Source: Candidatus Krumholzibacteriales bacterium
GTDB lineage: Bacteria > Krumholzibacteriota > Krumholzibacteriia > Krumholzibacteriales > WJIX01
Length of the DNA stretch: 64,000 nucleotides
Reading direction: 5' to 3'
NCBI GenBank assembly: GCA_046483305.1
Contig: JAWODM010000018.1
Span: forward strand, 38,042-102,041
Shown piece by piece: positions 11,232 to 21,722 of the stretch; positions within the stretch are counted from its first letter, which is position 1; every line of letters begins with the position of its first letter. The notes under the pieces were generated by a model. That model had not been told where the DNA came from. It worked only from the letters and a program-made list of their open reading frames with translations, and ran no database searches. The position numbers and the translations under genes were made by a program.

Positions 11232-13007
11232 TTAGCCCTCTGTTCTGCTCCCCGGCCTGCTCAGGTAGAATATCCCCGCAGAGCAGGCGGCGGCCGCTGA
11301 GATAAGAACCGAGCCGAGAGCCGCATGGCCCAGTATGAGTTTCCCTGTCCCTACCAGGGCGCCGTTTATGGCGGCTATCCCCAGTATAATCTTAATTGCG
11401 GTATGCCTGGTACCGGCCGGATAGGTGAATTCCGGAACCCTGTCCCTGACCTTTTTCCATCCAGCTCCCTGCGGTTTCACCCTGAGAAAGAATTCCTCCA
11501 GCTTCTTCTCCTTCACCGGCCTGGTCAGCAGGGTTACCGTAACCCAGACCGGAATCGATACCGCCACGGTCATGGCGGTGGAATAGGGGAACCTCAGCAG
11601 GGGGCTTCCGGCGGCCCAATCCACTCCCTCCAGAGCCAGAAAAACCATGGTACAGATCAGGGCCGTGGCCATCGCCGAAATTTCGGACCATGCGTTAACC
11701 CTCCACCAGTACCACCGGGCGATATAGACCGAGCCGATACCGGCCGTAACCGAAATGATGAACTTCCACGCGAAGGATATATCCTCTATGAGAAAGGATA
11801 TCAGAGCGCCGCAAACCGCGGTAATCGCTATCACCGCCCTGGCGGCAGCCACATATCTCCGCTCGGACTTTCCTCTCCAGACAAACCTCTTCAGCAGATC
11901 GTTAACTATCAAAGAAGATCCCCAATTCAGCTGGGTATCAACCGTGGACATGAAAGCGGCGAAAAAGGAGGCGACCACCACTCCGAATACCCCCGCCGGG
12001 AGATATGACCTCATCATCAGTGGATAATAGGTCTCCGGGTCATCCACCGCTCCGAAAATCGCCATTCCGCAGAGCCCAACCACAATCCACGGCCAGGGCC
12101 TGAGGCATATATGAGCAATACTGAACCACATATAGCCCAGGGCCGAGTGCCTCTCGTCCCTGGCTGCGAATATCCTCTGAGCCAGGTACCCTCCCCCGTC
12201 GATGGTGTAAGATGCCCACCAGACCACCAGGATCAGTATGAGAAACTCCATGAAGGGCCCCGACTGGGATATCTCCGGTATTATTCTCAGCACCTTCGCC
12301 GGGTCGAACCCCCCCGAGGCCAGTTTGTCCTTCAGCCCGTCTATTCCACCGACCTTCATGAACGAAACTACCGCAAGATATATAGATCCCCCCATGGCGA
12401 AGGCAAACTGCAGCAGATCGGTCATCACCACTCCCCACAGGCCGGAGAGAACAGTATATCCAACCGCCACCGTCAGAAGGACGATAACCACCCATACCTC
12501 CGCGCTTATACCCATCACAGCGGCGCTCTCCTCCCATCCCATTACCGTAACTACCACCTTCGACATAGCCTTCATCACCCAGGCCACCACCAGCACATTC
12601 TGGAAGAAACCGAACCATATCGAGCGGTAACACCTCAGTCCGGCCGCCACCCTGCCGTCATACCTCAGTTCTATAAGCTCCGCGTCGGTGGTTATTCCTG
12701 CCCTCTTCCAGAGCCGGGCGAACAGAAAGACGGTCAGCACTCCTCCTATCCCCCACTGCCACCACAGCCAGTTCTCGAATATACCCCCCCTGGCCACCAG
12801 CCCGGATACCACCAGAGGTGTGTCTGCGGCGAAAGTAGTCGCAACCATGGAGGTTCCGACTATCCACCAGGGAAGATTCCTCCCTGATACAAAGAACTGC
12901 TCGGTATTCCTCGAAGCCCTGGAAGAAAGAAGCGCTCCCGCGATAAAAGTTATTATCATATATATGATTATAACGGCCAGATCTATTCCGGACAGCGCCC
13001 CGGCCAT
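11232..13007 (-). CDS. Sodium:solute symporter family protein
   Basis: FFVSGRNLPWW, SMVATTFAADTP, AAFMSTVDTQLNWGSS; about 13-14 TM. Confidence 0.93.
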   Translation of the reverse strand: MAGALSGIDLAVIIIYMIITFIAGALLSSRASRNTEQFFVSGRNLPWWIVGTSMVATTFAADTPLVVSGLVARGGIFENWLWWQWGIGGVLTVFLFARLWKRAGITTDAELIELRYDGRVAAGLRCYRSIWFGFFQNVLVVAWVMKAMSKVVVTVMGWEESAAVMGISAEVWVVIVLLTVAVGYTVLSGLWGVVMTDLLQFAFAMGGSIYLAVVSFMKVGGIDGLKDKLASGGFDPAKVLRIIPEISQSGPFMEFLILILVVWWASYTIDGGGYLAQRIFAARDERHSALGYMWFSIAHICLRPWPWIVVGLCGMAIFGAVDDPETYYPLMMRSYLPAGVFGVVVASFFAAFMSTVDTQLNWGSSLIVNDLLKRFVWRGKSERRYVAAARAVIAITAVCGALISFLIEDISFAWKFIISVTAGIGSVYIARWYWWRVNAWSEISAMATALICTMVFLALEGVDWAAGSPLLRFPYSTAMTVAVSIPVWVTVTLLTRPVKEKKLEEFFLRVKPQGAGWKKVRDRVPEFTYPAGTRHTAIKIILGIAAINGALVGTGKLILGHAALGSVLISAAAACSAGIFYLSRPGSRTEG

Positions 13008-13112
13008 AAGTCACCCCCGAATTCAAGGAAGAAACCGGCGCGGGCCGTTCGGTCCGGCGACGGTCTCCCTGCTGTTGACCTATCCACTCTGGTATCTCTG
13101 ATGACGGCGAAG

Positions 13113-13934
13113 CTAGAATGCCAGTTTGAGGCCCACTATAAATCCATACCCGGTAAGATCAAGCGACCCCTCGTTGAGCTGGCCTTTCATGGATGAATCC
13201 ATCGGACCGTAGCTGTAGTATTCCAAAGTTTCCCCTCCAACATCAGCCTCCAGGTTCTGGGCTACCAGGAATACATCCCTGCTCTCCCCGCCGCTGGTGG
13301 TTCCGGTTCCCTCAAAACCGCTTACATCCGCCCACCTGGCCTGTATCCCCACCTGGAGGGAAAGAAGCGGCAGTATGGTAAATTCAACCCCCGCGCCGCC
13401 GTGAAGGCCGAACCCGGTTGCCGAAAGATCAGCTTCGGTAAAATAGACCACTTCCGGGTCAACAGATTCGAATACATCTCCCAGGTTGGTGCCGAACTCC
13501 ATTCTGGAGTGGTAAAGCCCCGCCCCGCCGTAGATATAAGGTTTCACCGGGAACAGCGGAATGGAAGGCTTGAAATAACCGGTCACCGTTACCGGATACA
13601 CTCTTACCTTGTGCTCGAAATCGAGGCCGAAACCCCCGATAGAGGTTGAAAGGTCGGAGCTCGCGAATATCATCCCCGCGCCCAGCCCCACCGTGAACAT
13701 CGGAGCCGGAGAGTACATTACCTCTCCCTGAATCTCAGGGACCCAGTTTATATTGTCCATCTCGATCCCGTACTGTTCCAGCTCATAATTGGTATCATCG
13801 ACGAAATCGTTGAAATCCCCGTAACTGATACGCGACAGGCCTGCGCTCACTCTCACTCCCGTATCCGCACCGGCCGCCGCGGCTGAAAACATAACAAGAA
13901 ACACTAACCCTGAAATCAATGAAATTCTGCGCAT
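13113..13934 (-). CDS. Small outer-membrane beta-barrel protein
   Basis: Signal peptide, KPYIYGGAGLY, alternating beta strands, terminal Phe (GLKLAF). Confidence 0.8.
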   Translation of the reverse strand: MRRISLISGLVFLVMFSAAAAGADTGVRVSAGLSRISYGDFNDFVDDTNYELEQYGIEMDNINWVPEIQGEVMYSPAPMFTVGLGAGMIFASSDLSTSIGGFGLDFEHKVRVYPVTVTGYFKPSIPLFPVKPYIYGGAGLYHSRMEFGTNLGDVFESVDPEVVYFTEADLSATGFGLHGGAGVEFTILPLLSLQVGIQARWADVSGFEGTGTTSGGESRDVFLVAQNLEADVGGETLEYYSYGPMDSSMKGQLNEGSLDLTGYGFIVGLKLAF

Positions 13935-13988
13935 CAGTCCTCCTCGGTCTTCGGGAAAACTCTATTTCCGTTGCCCTGCTTATTTATT

Positions 13989-14648
13989 CTAATCGATTTC
14001 CTTGAGGCTGTCCACATCGTCCTGCGATCCGACTACCACAAGGGTGTCTCCCGATTCTAAAACAAAATCGGCCGGGGGTATAGATATAAATTGATCCCTG
14101 CCCCGCTCGATGCCGATAACATTAATATTGTATTCCGTTCTCAGCTTCAGGCCCGCGATACTCTTGCCGATGAATGTTGTGGGGGGAGCCAGCTGCGCGA
14201 TTATGAAATCTTCCTTGGTAATAGGTATATATTCCAGCAGGTTAGGATGAGAGAGGTTCTTAGCGACCTTTACGGCGGTATCCTGTTCCGGAACAACCAC
14301 CAGGTCAGCACCCACCTTTCTGAGTATCTTTCCGTGATCGTCCCCTTCCGCCTTGACAATGATGTTCTTGACCCCCATTTCCGCCAGGTACATTGTTACC
14401 AGGGTGGCGGCGTCGGTATTATCGCCGAGGCTTACAATAACCGCATCCATCACTTCCAGGCCCAGGGTGTTGAGAACTTCCTTCTCCTTGGCGTCGCCTG
14501 TAACAGCCTGGGAACAGTCGGTTCTGATTTTCTGAATTATTTCCTCGTCACTGTCTATGGCCAGAACGTTATGCCCCTCGTCAAACAGGGTCTTGGCAAC
14601 CGTGTAACCGAACTTACCCAGTCCTATAACAGCAAATTCCTTAGACAT
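13989..14648 (-). CDS. ktrA: K+ uptake RCK regulatory subunit (KtrA/TrkA)
   Basis: FAVIGLGKFG Rossmann motif; TrkA_C domain FIGKSIAGLKLR. Confidence 0.93.
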   Translation of the reverse strand: MSKEFAVIGLGKFGYTVAKTLFDEGHNVLAIDSDEEIIQKIRTDCSQAVTGDAKEKEVLNTLGLEVMDAVIVSLGDNTDAATLVTMYLAEMGVKNIIVKAEGDDHGKILRKVGADLVVVPEQDTAVKVAKNLSHPNLLEYIPITKEDFIIAQLAPPTTFIGKSIAGLKLRTEYNINVIGIERGRDQFISIPPADFVLESGDTLVVVGSQDDVDSLKEID

Positions 14649-14673
14649 AACAATCCCTTTCCGGCAGAAGATT

Positions 14674-16044
14674 CTATCCTATCATTACCTTCTCTTCCGC
14701 ATATTTATAAGTAACTTTCCGTTTCTTCCTGGTCAGAACGTACGCTATGGTCAGCAGCCCCACCCTCCCGATCAGCATCATGGCGATAATAACCAGCTTT
14801 CCCGCCCAGGTCATTGTTCCGGTCACTCCCATGGAAAGCCCCACCGTGGCAAAGGCGGAAACAGCTTCGAACAGGTAGGCCAGATAAAAATATTCGGTCC
14901 CTTCCGGGCTCTGAGTCAACAGAAGAAGCAGCAGCCCTGCCGAGATAGTTACAATCGCCAGAATAAATATTGAGAATACCCTCGATATAATTTCGTCCGG
15001 TATGGTCCTCCGGCCGAAAAAATTGTGCCTGAAACCTTTGATTCTGCTCTTGACTATCCCGGCGAAAACAGCCAGGGCGGTGGTCTTTATCCCCCCCCCG
15101 CAAGAGCCGGGGCTTGCTCCCACGAACATCAGCATTATCATGATCATCAGGGCGGCCGGTTTCAGCGACTGGATATCTATGGTGTTGAAACCGGCTGTCC
15201 GCGCGGTAATCGACTGAAAGAAAGAAGAAAGCACCTTTTCCTTCAGCGACATGTACTTAAAAGCGGCCCCTCCTTCAAAAATGAACAGTATAACCGCTCC
15301 CGACAGAATCAGGACAACGGTGAATATCAGCACCATTCTGGTGTGAAGCGACATCAATCTCCTGGCCCCTTTTCTTCTGAGCCTTATCTTTTCGGTTATC
15401 TCGTAAATGACGGGGAACCCGATACCCCCGATGACTATCAGAAGCATTACAGCCGTGTTAAGGGCCGTATTCTCACGGTAAGCCATAAAGCTGGTACTGA
15501 AAAATGAAAAACCGGCGTTACAGAAAGCCGATACCGAATGGAATACTCCGGTGAATACCGCCTCTGCCACCGGCATGCCGCCGCTGTTGATAAAAACAAG
15601 AGAGAGCACAATCGCCCCCGCGGCTTCCAGCGCGAAGGTAAAGGTAAATATAAGTTTCAGCAGATTTTTAATATCCCCGGTGGGCGCCGCCGTAAAGGTA
15701 TCATTAATAATCCATCGCTCCCTGGTCCCGATCTTTCTGCCAACAAACAGGAACAGGAATACCGAGAAGGTCATGACCCCGAGGCCGCCCATCTGGATCA
15801 GTATCAGGATAACCGTCTTGCCGAACATGCTGAACTGCGAGCCGGTGTCAACTACTATCAGTCCGGTAACGCATATCGCCGAGGTGGATGTAAAGAGCGC
15901 GTCCAGAAGCCCCACCGGCTCTCCCGTGGAAGCCTGCGGAAGACTGAGCAGCAGCATCCCTGTCAGGGCGGCTGAAAGGTAACTAAATATCACCAGCGAA
16001 GCCGGATTGACCCGTTTCAGTAATCTGTCATACGATTCAAACAT
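14674..16044 (-). CDS. ktrB: K+ uptake membrane subunit (KtrB/TrkH)
   Basis: Four filter motifs SAICVTGL, SAFCNAGF, ARTAGF, SAFATVGLS; GGGIKTT. Confidence 0.95.
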   Translation of the reverse strand: MFESYDRLLKRVNPASLVIFSYLSAALTGMLLLSLPQASTGEPVGLLDALFTSTSAICVTGLIVVDTGSQFSMFGKTVILILIQMGGLGVMTFSVFLFLFVGRKIGTRERWIINDTFTAAPTGDIKNLLKLIFTFTFALEAAGAIVLSLVFINSGGMPVAEAVFTGVFHSVSAFCNAGFSFFSTSFMAYRENTALNTAVMLLIVIGGIGFPVIYEITEKIRLRRKGARRLMSLHTRMVLIFTVVLILSGAVILFIFEGGAAFKYMSLKEKVLSSFFQSITARTAGFNTIDIQSLKPAALMIMIMLMFVGASPGSCGGGIKTTALAVFAGIVKSRIKGFRHNFFGRRTIPDEIISRVFSIFILAIVTISAGLLLLLLTQSPEGTEYFYLAYLFEAVSAFATVGLSMGVTGTMTWAGKLVIIAMMLIGRVGLLTIAYVLTRKKRKVTYKYAEEKVMIG

Positions 16045-16291
16045 TGACCTTTACCCCGCCTGGGCCCGCCCAGACTGACGGCAGGCGGCAACTGAATCCT
16101 TTCTGCCGCAGATTTGGCCGGAATCTGCTGAGCATTATTGCATAACTCTCAGCTGCTGATATTAAGGCTGCCGATAAAAGAATTCAAATAAAATCCGGTC
16201 AATATCAATAAAATTAATTACAAAATCTACGCGATATGTTTTAATATGAAATCCGATGTTTTCATAACCAGGTAATAGAGGCATACAAACC

Positions 16292-16474
16292 ATGGATGAA
16301 GAAGCAGAGGTAAAATGGTGCGATCCGAATTGCCCTTACGCCGAATTTCCGGACCGGGAGAACCTGGACGGGGCCTGTCACACCTTTATCGCCCTGTACT
16401 GCACTAAGTACTCCAGGCTGGTGCAGAAAAGCGCTCTCTGCCTCGATTTCATGGGAAAAGACAAAAAAGAATAA
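16292..16474 (+). CDS. Small Cys-rich hypothetical protein
   Basis: 60 aa, 5 Cys + His (WCDPNCP...ACHTFIALYC...LC); GAGG RBS; stop 2 nt before next gene. Confidence 0.65.
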   Translation: MDEEAEVKWCDPNCPYAEFPDRENLDGACHTFIALYCTKYSRLVQKSALCLDFMGKDKKE

Positions 16475-16476
16475 AT

Positions 16477-18735
16477 ATGTTGAAGAAGCCGGCGGTCAGG
16501 AAAATCGAACAGATGCTGCGTAAAGCTCTCCGGGAGGGCCGCTCCAGCCTTTTCGAGCACGAAGTTTATGATATTCTGGACCTGGCCGGCATGGAAACAC
16601 CCGCGCACTTCTTTATCAGCGGCCCGGAGGAAGCGAAAGCGGAGATAACCGGCAAGGCGGTATGCAAACTGATATCCCCCGGAATGGTTCACCGCACTGA
16701 ATTCGGCGGAATAAAATTCATAGAAGCCACAGACGAGAATATAAAATCCGCTTTCAGCGAATTCTCCGGGATAGCCGGTGAGGCCGGCGTTGAATTCTCC
16801 GGGATGCTGGTCGCCGAATACCTTGAAATAGAGGAATCTATCCCCCGCCAGTTGATTCTGTCCCTGCGCCAGGACCGCTCTTTCGGCCCGGTGGTGGTCA
16901 TGGGCCCGGGCGGAACCGGTACCGAAATCTACCGGGAGAATTTCAGGGAAGACAGGGGGCTTCTGCTGACAACCCCGGAAACTGTAAGGGACAGGGAAAG
17001 AATTGAAAAGCTGCTGAACAATAATGTTCTCTTTCCGATTATCGCCGGCAAAACCAGGATATCAAAGGAGCCTCTGATAGAGCCGGATAGATTGATGGAC
17101 ATCCTGGCGATCTTCGCCGAACTGGCGGAAGTATTTTCCCGGTCTTCAACCCTCTCGGAATTCACTATTGAAGAGCTGGAGGTGAATCCCCTGCAGATCA
17201 GGGACGGAAAGGCGGTGGCTCTGGATGGCCTGCTGAAGTTTTCCAGAAGCAAGCACCGGCCTGGACGCAGGAACCAGGATAATATAAAGCGGCTTCTCGC
17301 TCCCGAAAAAGTTCTGATGATTGGAGCGTCCGCCAGCAGGAAGAATATGGGGCGGCAGATACTGAAGAACCTTTCAAGGAGCGGGGACAGGATAAAAAAG
17401 GATAACATTCTGGCGCTGCATCCGGACCCCGGAGTGAACGAGATCGAAGGAGTAAGATCGATAAGCAGCCTCGGGGAAATCGAGGGTAAAGTGGACCTGG
17501 CCGTGATAACCGTGCCGGCGTCTGATATCCTGGTGGAGATGATAGAGAAGATCATCCGCCAGGAACTGGCATCATCGCTGATACTGATATCGGCCGGTTT
17601 TGATGAAACCGAAAAGGGGGCCGGTTACTCGGAAAGGCTCAAGAAGACCCTCAAGGAACAGCAGGAATCATCAGATTCCTGCCCGGTAATAAACGGGCCC
17701 AACTGTATGGGCATAGTATCTGGGCCCGGAGGCTATAATACCTTCTTTCTCCCCGACTACAAGATTTCCTATACGGGAAAGTATGGAAAGAACTCCGCTT
17801 TTATCAGCCAGAGCGGAGCTTTCGTGGTAACCATGAAGAACATCCTCACCCGGATAGATCCCGCCTACCAGATAACGGTGGGAAACCAGATTGACCTGAC
17901 GGTGACCGACCACCTGGATACCATTGGCAAAGACGAAAATATTGATACCTTCTTTCTCTACCTGGAAGGTTTCAAGCGGCTGGGAGGCAGAAGGTTCCTG
18001 GAAACGGCGCGGCGCCTGATCGGATCGGGAAAGAAGATTGTCGCGTACAAGGCCGGCCGGACCAGCGAGGGCGCGGCGGCGGTGGCATCGCATACCGCCG
18101 CCATGGCGGGTGATTATTTTATGTTCAAAAAGCTGCTGAAACAGGAAGGCATCCTACTCGCGGAGACCCTGGATGAATTCGAAGACTGCATGAAAATATT
18201 CTCTATGCTGACCGGAGAGGTTCCCGCCGGTAACCGGGTGGGTATAATAAGCGACGCGGGGTACGAATGTTCCTCCGCCTCGGATACGCTGGGAGACCTG
18301 GACCTGGCATCTTTCAGCGAGGATACTATGGCCGGTCTTACAGAGGATCTTCCCGATATAGTAAATGCCAGAAACCCGGTAGATTCCACTCCCGCGATCG
18401 GCACCGCCGCGTACGGCAGGTGCGTTAAAAAGATCATCAACGATCCCAATACCGACTGTATAATCATCTCCAATGTGGCATCAACCGCAACCCAGGAGAA
18501 CCTCCCCCCGGGCGAAGGCCACGACGAGAATATCTACAATGAAAACTCTCATCCCAATACCCTTATCAGACTGGTAAAGAGCACCGGAAAACCGGCGGTA
18601 ATATCCATGAACGGCGGCGGTATATACGACCCGGCGGTGGAACTGATGGAAGAGGCGGGGCTCTGTGTTTTCAGAAAGATCGACCGGGCGGTACGGGCGA
18701 TGGACAGGTTTGTACGATATTCAATAAGTTCTTAA
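16477..18735 (+). CDS. ADP-forming acetate/acyl-CoA ligase, fused beta(ATP-grasp)-alpha
   Basis: N-terminal KLISPGMVHRTEFGGI and ELEVNPL; C-terminal GPNCMG, ISQSGA, VGNQID, ASHTAAMAG, NPVD. Confidence 0.9.
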   Translation: MLKKPAVRKIEQMLRKALREGRSSLFEHEVYDILDLAGMETPAHFFISGPEEAKAEITGKAVCKLISPGMVHRTEFGGIKFIEATDENIKSAFSEFSGIAGEAGVEFSGMLVAEYLEIEESIPRQLILSLRQDRSFGPVVVMGPGGTGTEIYRENFREDRGLLLTTPETVRDRERIEKLLNNNVLFPIIAGKTRISKEPLIEPDRLMDILAIFAELAEVFSRSSTLSEFTIEELEVNPLQIRDGKAVALDGLLKFSRSKHRPGRRNQDNIKRLLAPEKVLMIGASASRKNMGRQILKNLSRSGDRIKKDNILALHPDPGVNEIEGVRSISSLGEIEGKVDLAVITVPASDILVEMIEKIIRQELASSLILISAGFDETEKGAGYSERLKKTLKEQQESSDSCPVINGPNCMGIVSGPGGYNTFFLPDYKISYTGKYGKNSAFISQSGAFVVTMKNILTRIDPAYQITVGNQIDLTVTDHLDTIGKDENIDTFFLYLEGFKRLGGRRFLETARRLIGSGKKIVAYKAGRTSEGAAAVASHTAAMAGDYFMFKKLLKQEGILLAETLDEFEDCMKIFSMLTGEVPAGNRVGIISDAGYECSSASDTLGDLDLASFSEDTMAGLTEDLPDIVNARNPVDSTPAIGTAAYGRCVKKIINDPNTDCIIISNVASTATQENLPPGEGHDENIYNENSHPNTLIRLVKSTGKPAVISMNGGGIYDPAVELMEEAGLCVFRKIDRAVRAMDRFVRYSISS

Positions 18736-18854
18736 CAAGACCAGATACAGGCCGGAGAGAGATCCGGAGGAACTGATCCGAGGCATCAGCTCCTGAAAGT
18801 AATCAGAGAGAGAGTCCGCCCTGTATGGGTGTTCAAAAAACCTGCAGCCGTTCA

Positions 18855-18945
18855 ATCTACTCCCGCCGGTGGGAGTAGATCTGAGCGAAAAATATCTGTT
18901 AAATCTGAAAAACCTGACAGATCCACTCCCAACGTTGGGAGTGGA
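18855..18945. repeat. Pair of related REP-like palindromes
   Basis: ATCTACTCCC-GCCGGT-GGGAGTAGAT (18855-18880) and perfect TCCACTCCCAACGTTGGGAGTGGA (18922-18945). Confidence 0.7.
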
Positions 18946-19058
18946 GAAAAGTCAGTTGAATGTTCTCAACCTGTATCTATCACTCTTAAAACCTCCGGCC
19001 AGGGCCCGGCTATCAACCGGGAGCGGAGCGCTGAAATTCAGTATCTCTTTTTTAAACT

Positions 19059-19574
19059 TCAGGTTTTCTTCAGGGTTAACTCCCAGTACACAACTCCCGA
19101 AAGAGGGTTTTCATAGTACGGCTCTATTTTTCGAAAACCGAGAGAACGGTAGAGAGCCATCGCTTCGGTGAGCCTGTCAAGGGTGTCCAGCCGCATCAGG
19201 GTATATCCAAGCTCTCCGGCGGCCTTGATAATTCTCCCGGCAAGCGCTCTTCCAACCCCCCTCCCCCTGGCCTCCGGCCTTACAAACAGACGCTTCATCT
19301 CGCACACATCGTCATCGAGCCTTCGAACCGCCACGCAGCCTGTCATCCTTTTTCCGTCAATCGCTACCAGCAACTCCCCTTCCGGACGGCGGTAATCTCC
19401 GGGCAGCGAGGCCAGTTCCTCCCGGAAATTCTGGAAGCCCAGATGAACACCCAGGAATTCCCGGTATTCCCTGAACAGGACGCGCACCTCTTCTATCTCT
19501 GATTCGGTTTCAGCTCTCTTGATTATCATATATCCCAGCATCTCTCCGGCTGCCGGCCGGATAACCCCTGCCAT
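19059..19574 (-). CDS. GNAT N-acetyltransferase (true start may be 19529)
   Basis: CEMKRLFVRPEARGRGVGRAL, MRLDTL, ALYRSLGF. Confidence 0.92.
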   Translation of the reverse strand: MAGVIRPAAGEMLGYMIIKRAETESEIEEVRVLFREYREFLGVHLGFQNFREELASLPGDYRRPEGELLVAIDGKRMTGCVAVRRLDDDVCEMKRLFVRPEARGRGVGRALAGRIIKAAGELGYTLMRLDTLDRLTEAMALYRSLGFRKIEPYYENPLSGVVYWELTLKKT

Positions 19575-20184
19575 TATTATTCAAGAATACTACTATTTTT
19601 TATCATTCCTTTACGGATATCAATGATTTAGAACCGGTTGGCGAAAATTGATCCGGTTATTTACGGAAGCGGCAACAGGGAGGCCGATGGCAGCCCGTTC
19701 CAATCCGGTACCATACTGCATATATCAGAAACTTACTATCAGCGTCATACTTCGGCCGGCCAGCCTGATTCCGGATGAAACCAGCGGAAAGGGGCGGCTC
19801 AACCCGGGGTTTGAACCTGAGCCGAAAAGACGGCCGGGAGCCGGGATACCCCGGCTATGAAGAGATATCAGCCACCCCGGGAGGGCTGCCCGGGTTTTCC
19901 CGGATATCGGGAGATACCCTACACGAAGCGAGGCCTCTGCCGTGGGGAGAAAAAAATAGAGTCCGGTTTCCAGGATGGTTGACTGCATGGCTGCAAAAAG
20001 TTAAAGTAATAAGAGAAAAATATCATTGAAGTAATGACATTCTGATGAGAAGCAGATTGATTCATGAGTCTCCGGGGTCCTCTGCATAACAGCCGGCGCG
20101 GCAGCGGGATTATTGATTAACCGGACTGTTCGGCTCCATGCAGCCCGGCGCGGAAAAGGAACTGAGGGCAATAAAATAACAGGT

Positions 20185-21456
20185 ATGATTGAACGTATAA
20201 AATTCCTGATTAATCGTATCAGAGAGCGACTGTGGGTAAAGCCTCTTGCAATGAGCCTGCTATCCATTGCCGCCGCGCTGGTCGCCAGAATAGCCGACAG
20301 TACCAACCTCGGCCTGGTGGTGCCAGTTGTTTCGACCGACTCCATCGATACTCTCCTGTCCATCATGGCCGCCAGTATGCTGACTATCGCTATCTTTGCG
20401 GTGGGGGCAATGGTGGCGGCCTATTCATCGGCGAGCAACACGGCATCGCCGAGGTCGTTTACACTGATAATCGCCGACGATATCTCTCAACGGGCCCTGT
20501 CAACTTTCATTGGAGCATTTATTTTCAGCATTGTGGGGCTGGTGGCTTCAAAGAATGAATTTTTCGAAAGGGCAGGGAGTTTTGTCCTTTTTCTATTCAC
20601 CCTGGCGATGTTCGGAATAGTCGTTGTACGGTTCGTCCGCTGGGTTGATCGAATTGCCCGGCTTGGCCGCCTTGGCAACACTATTCATAAAGTGGAAGAA
20701 GCCACCGCGGAGGCGATGAAGCGGTACCGGGATGCCCCGGCGGTTAAATGCCTGCCGGCAGGTTCAGTGCGGAGCCCGGATCATGCCATATACCCTGATT
20801 CCGTCGGTTACGTGCAGCGAATCGATCTCTCCAAACTGCAGTCCTGCACCATAAAGATTGATGGGCAGATTAAGGTTGAAGTCCTTCCGGGAGCCTTTAT
20901 AACTCCAACTCGCCCGCTTGCGTACGTCAGTGGAGAATCTCAGTCTGATGAGGATTTTGACGAAAGGGAGGTAGTTGAGGCCTTTCTGATCGGGGAAAGC
21001 CGGATGTTCGATAATGACCCGCGTTACGGCCTGGTGGTGATGTCGCAAATCGCTGACCGGGCGCTCTCGCCGGCGGTTAATGATTACGGAACCGCAATCG
21101 ATATCATCGGAATCCTGGTGCGGCTGTTCGTGATGTGGGCCGCTCCCGGCGAGGAAGAATCCGATTCGGAGGCAGAATATGACCGTGTCGAGGTTCCTGA
21201 GTTATCAGTCCGGGATATGTTTGACGACGCGTTCACGGCGATTGCCCGTGACGGAAGCGGTGCAGTGGAGGTGGCGACCCGAATACAGCAATCTCTATCC
21301 TCTCTGGCATTGATTGGTGATTCTTCAATGCGCGAAGCCGCAATACACCATGCCCGCCGGGCTCTTGCCTATGCGGAGAAACGGCTGGACAACCCCCAGG
21401 ATCTTGAATTGGTTCGCGAGCTGGCGGATTTCGCGAGAAAAGAGAATAACTCCTGA
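20185..21456 (+). CDS. DUF2254 family membrane protein
   Basis: ASSASNTASPR, LSTFIGAFIFS, GYVQRID, DPRYGL, RALSPAVND. Confidence 0.85.
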   Translation: MIERIKFLINRIRERLWVKPLAMSLLSIAAALVARIADSTNLGLVVPVVSTDSIDTLLSIMAASMLTIAIFAVGAMVAAYSSASNTASPRSFTLIIADDISQRALSTFIGAFIFSIVGLVASKNEFFERAGSFVLFLFTLAMFGIVVVRFVRWVDRIARLGRLGNTIHKVEEATAEAMKRYRDAPAVKCLPAGSVRSPDHAIYPDSVGYVQRIDLSKLQSCTIKIDGQIKVEVLPGAFITPTRPLAYVSGESQSDEDFDEREVVEAFLIGESRMFDNDPRYGLVVMSQIADRALSPAVNDYGTAIDIIGILVRLFVMWAAPGEEESDSEAEYDRVEVPELSVRDMFDDAFTAIARDGSGAVEVATRIQQSLSSLALIGDSSMREAAIHHARRALAYAEKRLDNPQDLELVRELADFARKENNS

Positions 21457-21722
21457 TAAAATCGGCTTTATGTAATTTTCAGCCGGAACGGCACAGCTCA
21501 AAACGCGCGCGCCCTGAAAGTAAGAATATATTGCAAGGAGTAGAAACTCTATATGAAAGAGCGCCTGATGCCTCAAATCCTTCAGTTAATTCGTGGCAAA
21601 AAATACTTGATTTGTCCGGGAACAGGTGATAATCTACCGCACTGTATGAGCTTTATCAGCGACGGGGGCCGGATGAGATCGTATCTCCGGCATGTTCAAA
21701 GATTAATCCTGGGGTTAGGGAC

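Noticed and set aside
18855..18945. Mini CRISPR array
   Set aside because: Only two imperfectly matching, fully palindromic units; no cas genes or leader
19648..20030. Short ORFs between GNAT and DUF2254
   Set aside because: No family motif; conflicting frames
21460..21720. c-di-AMP (ydaO) riboswitch or KdpE box before kdpF
   Set aside because: No recognisable consensus; only one short hairpin near 21668-21691
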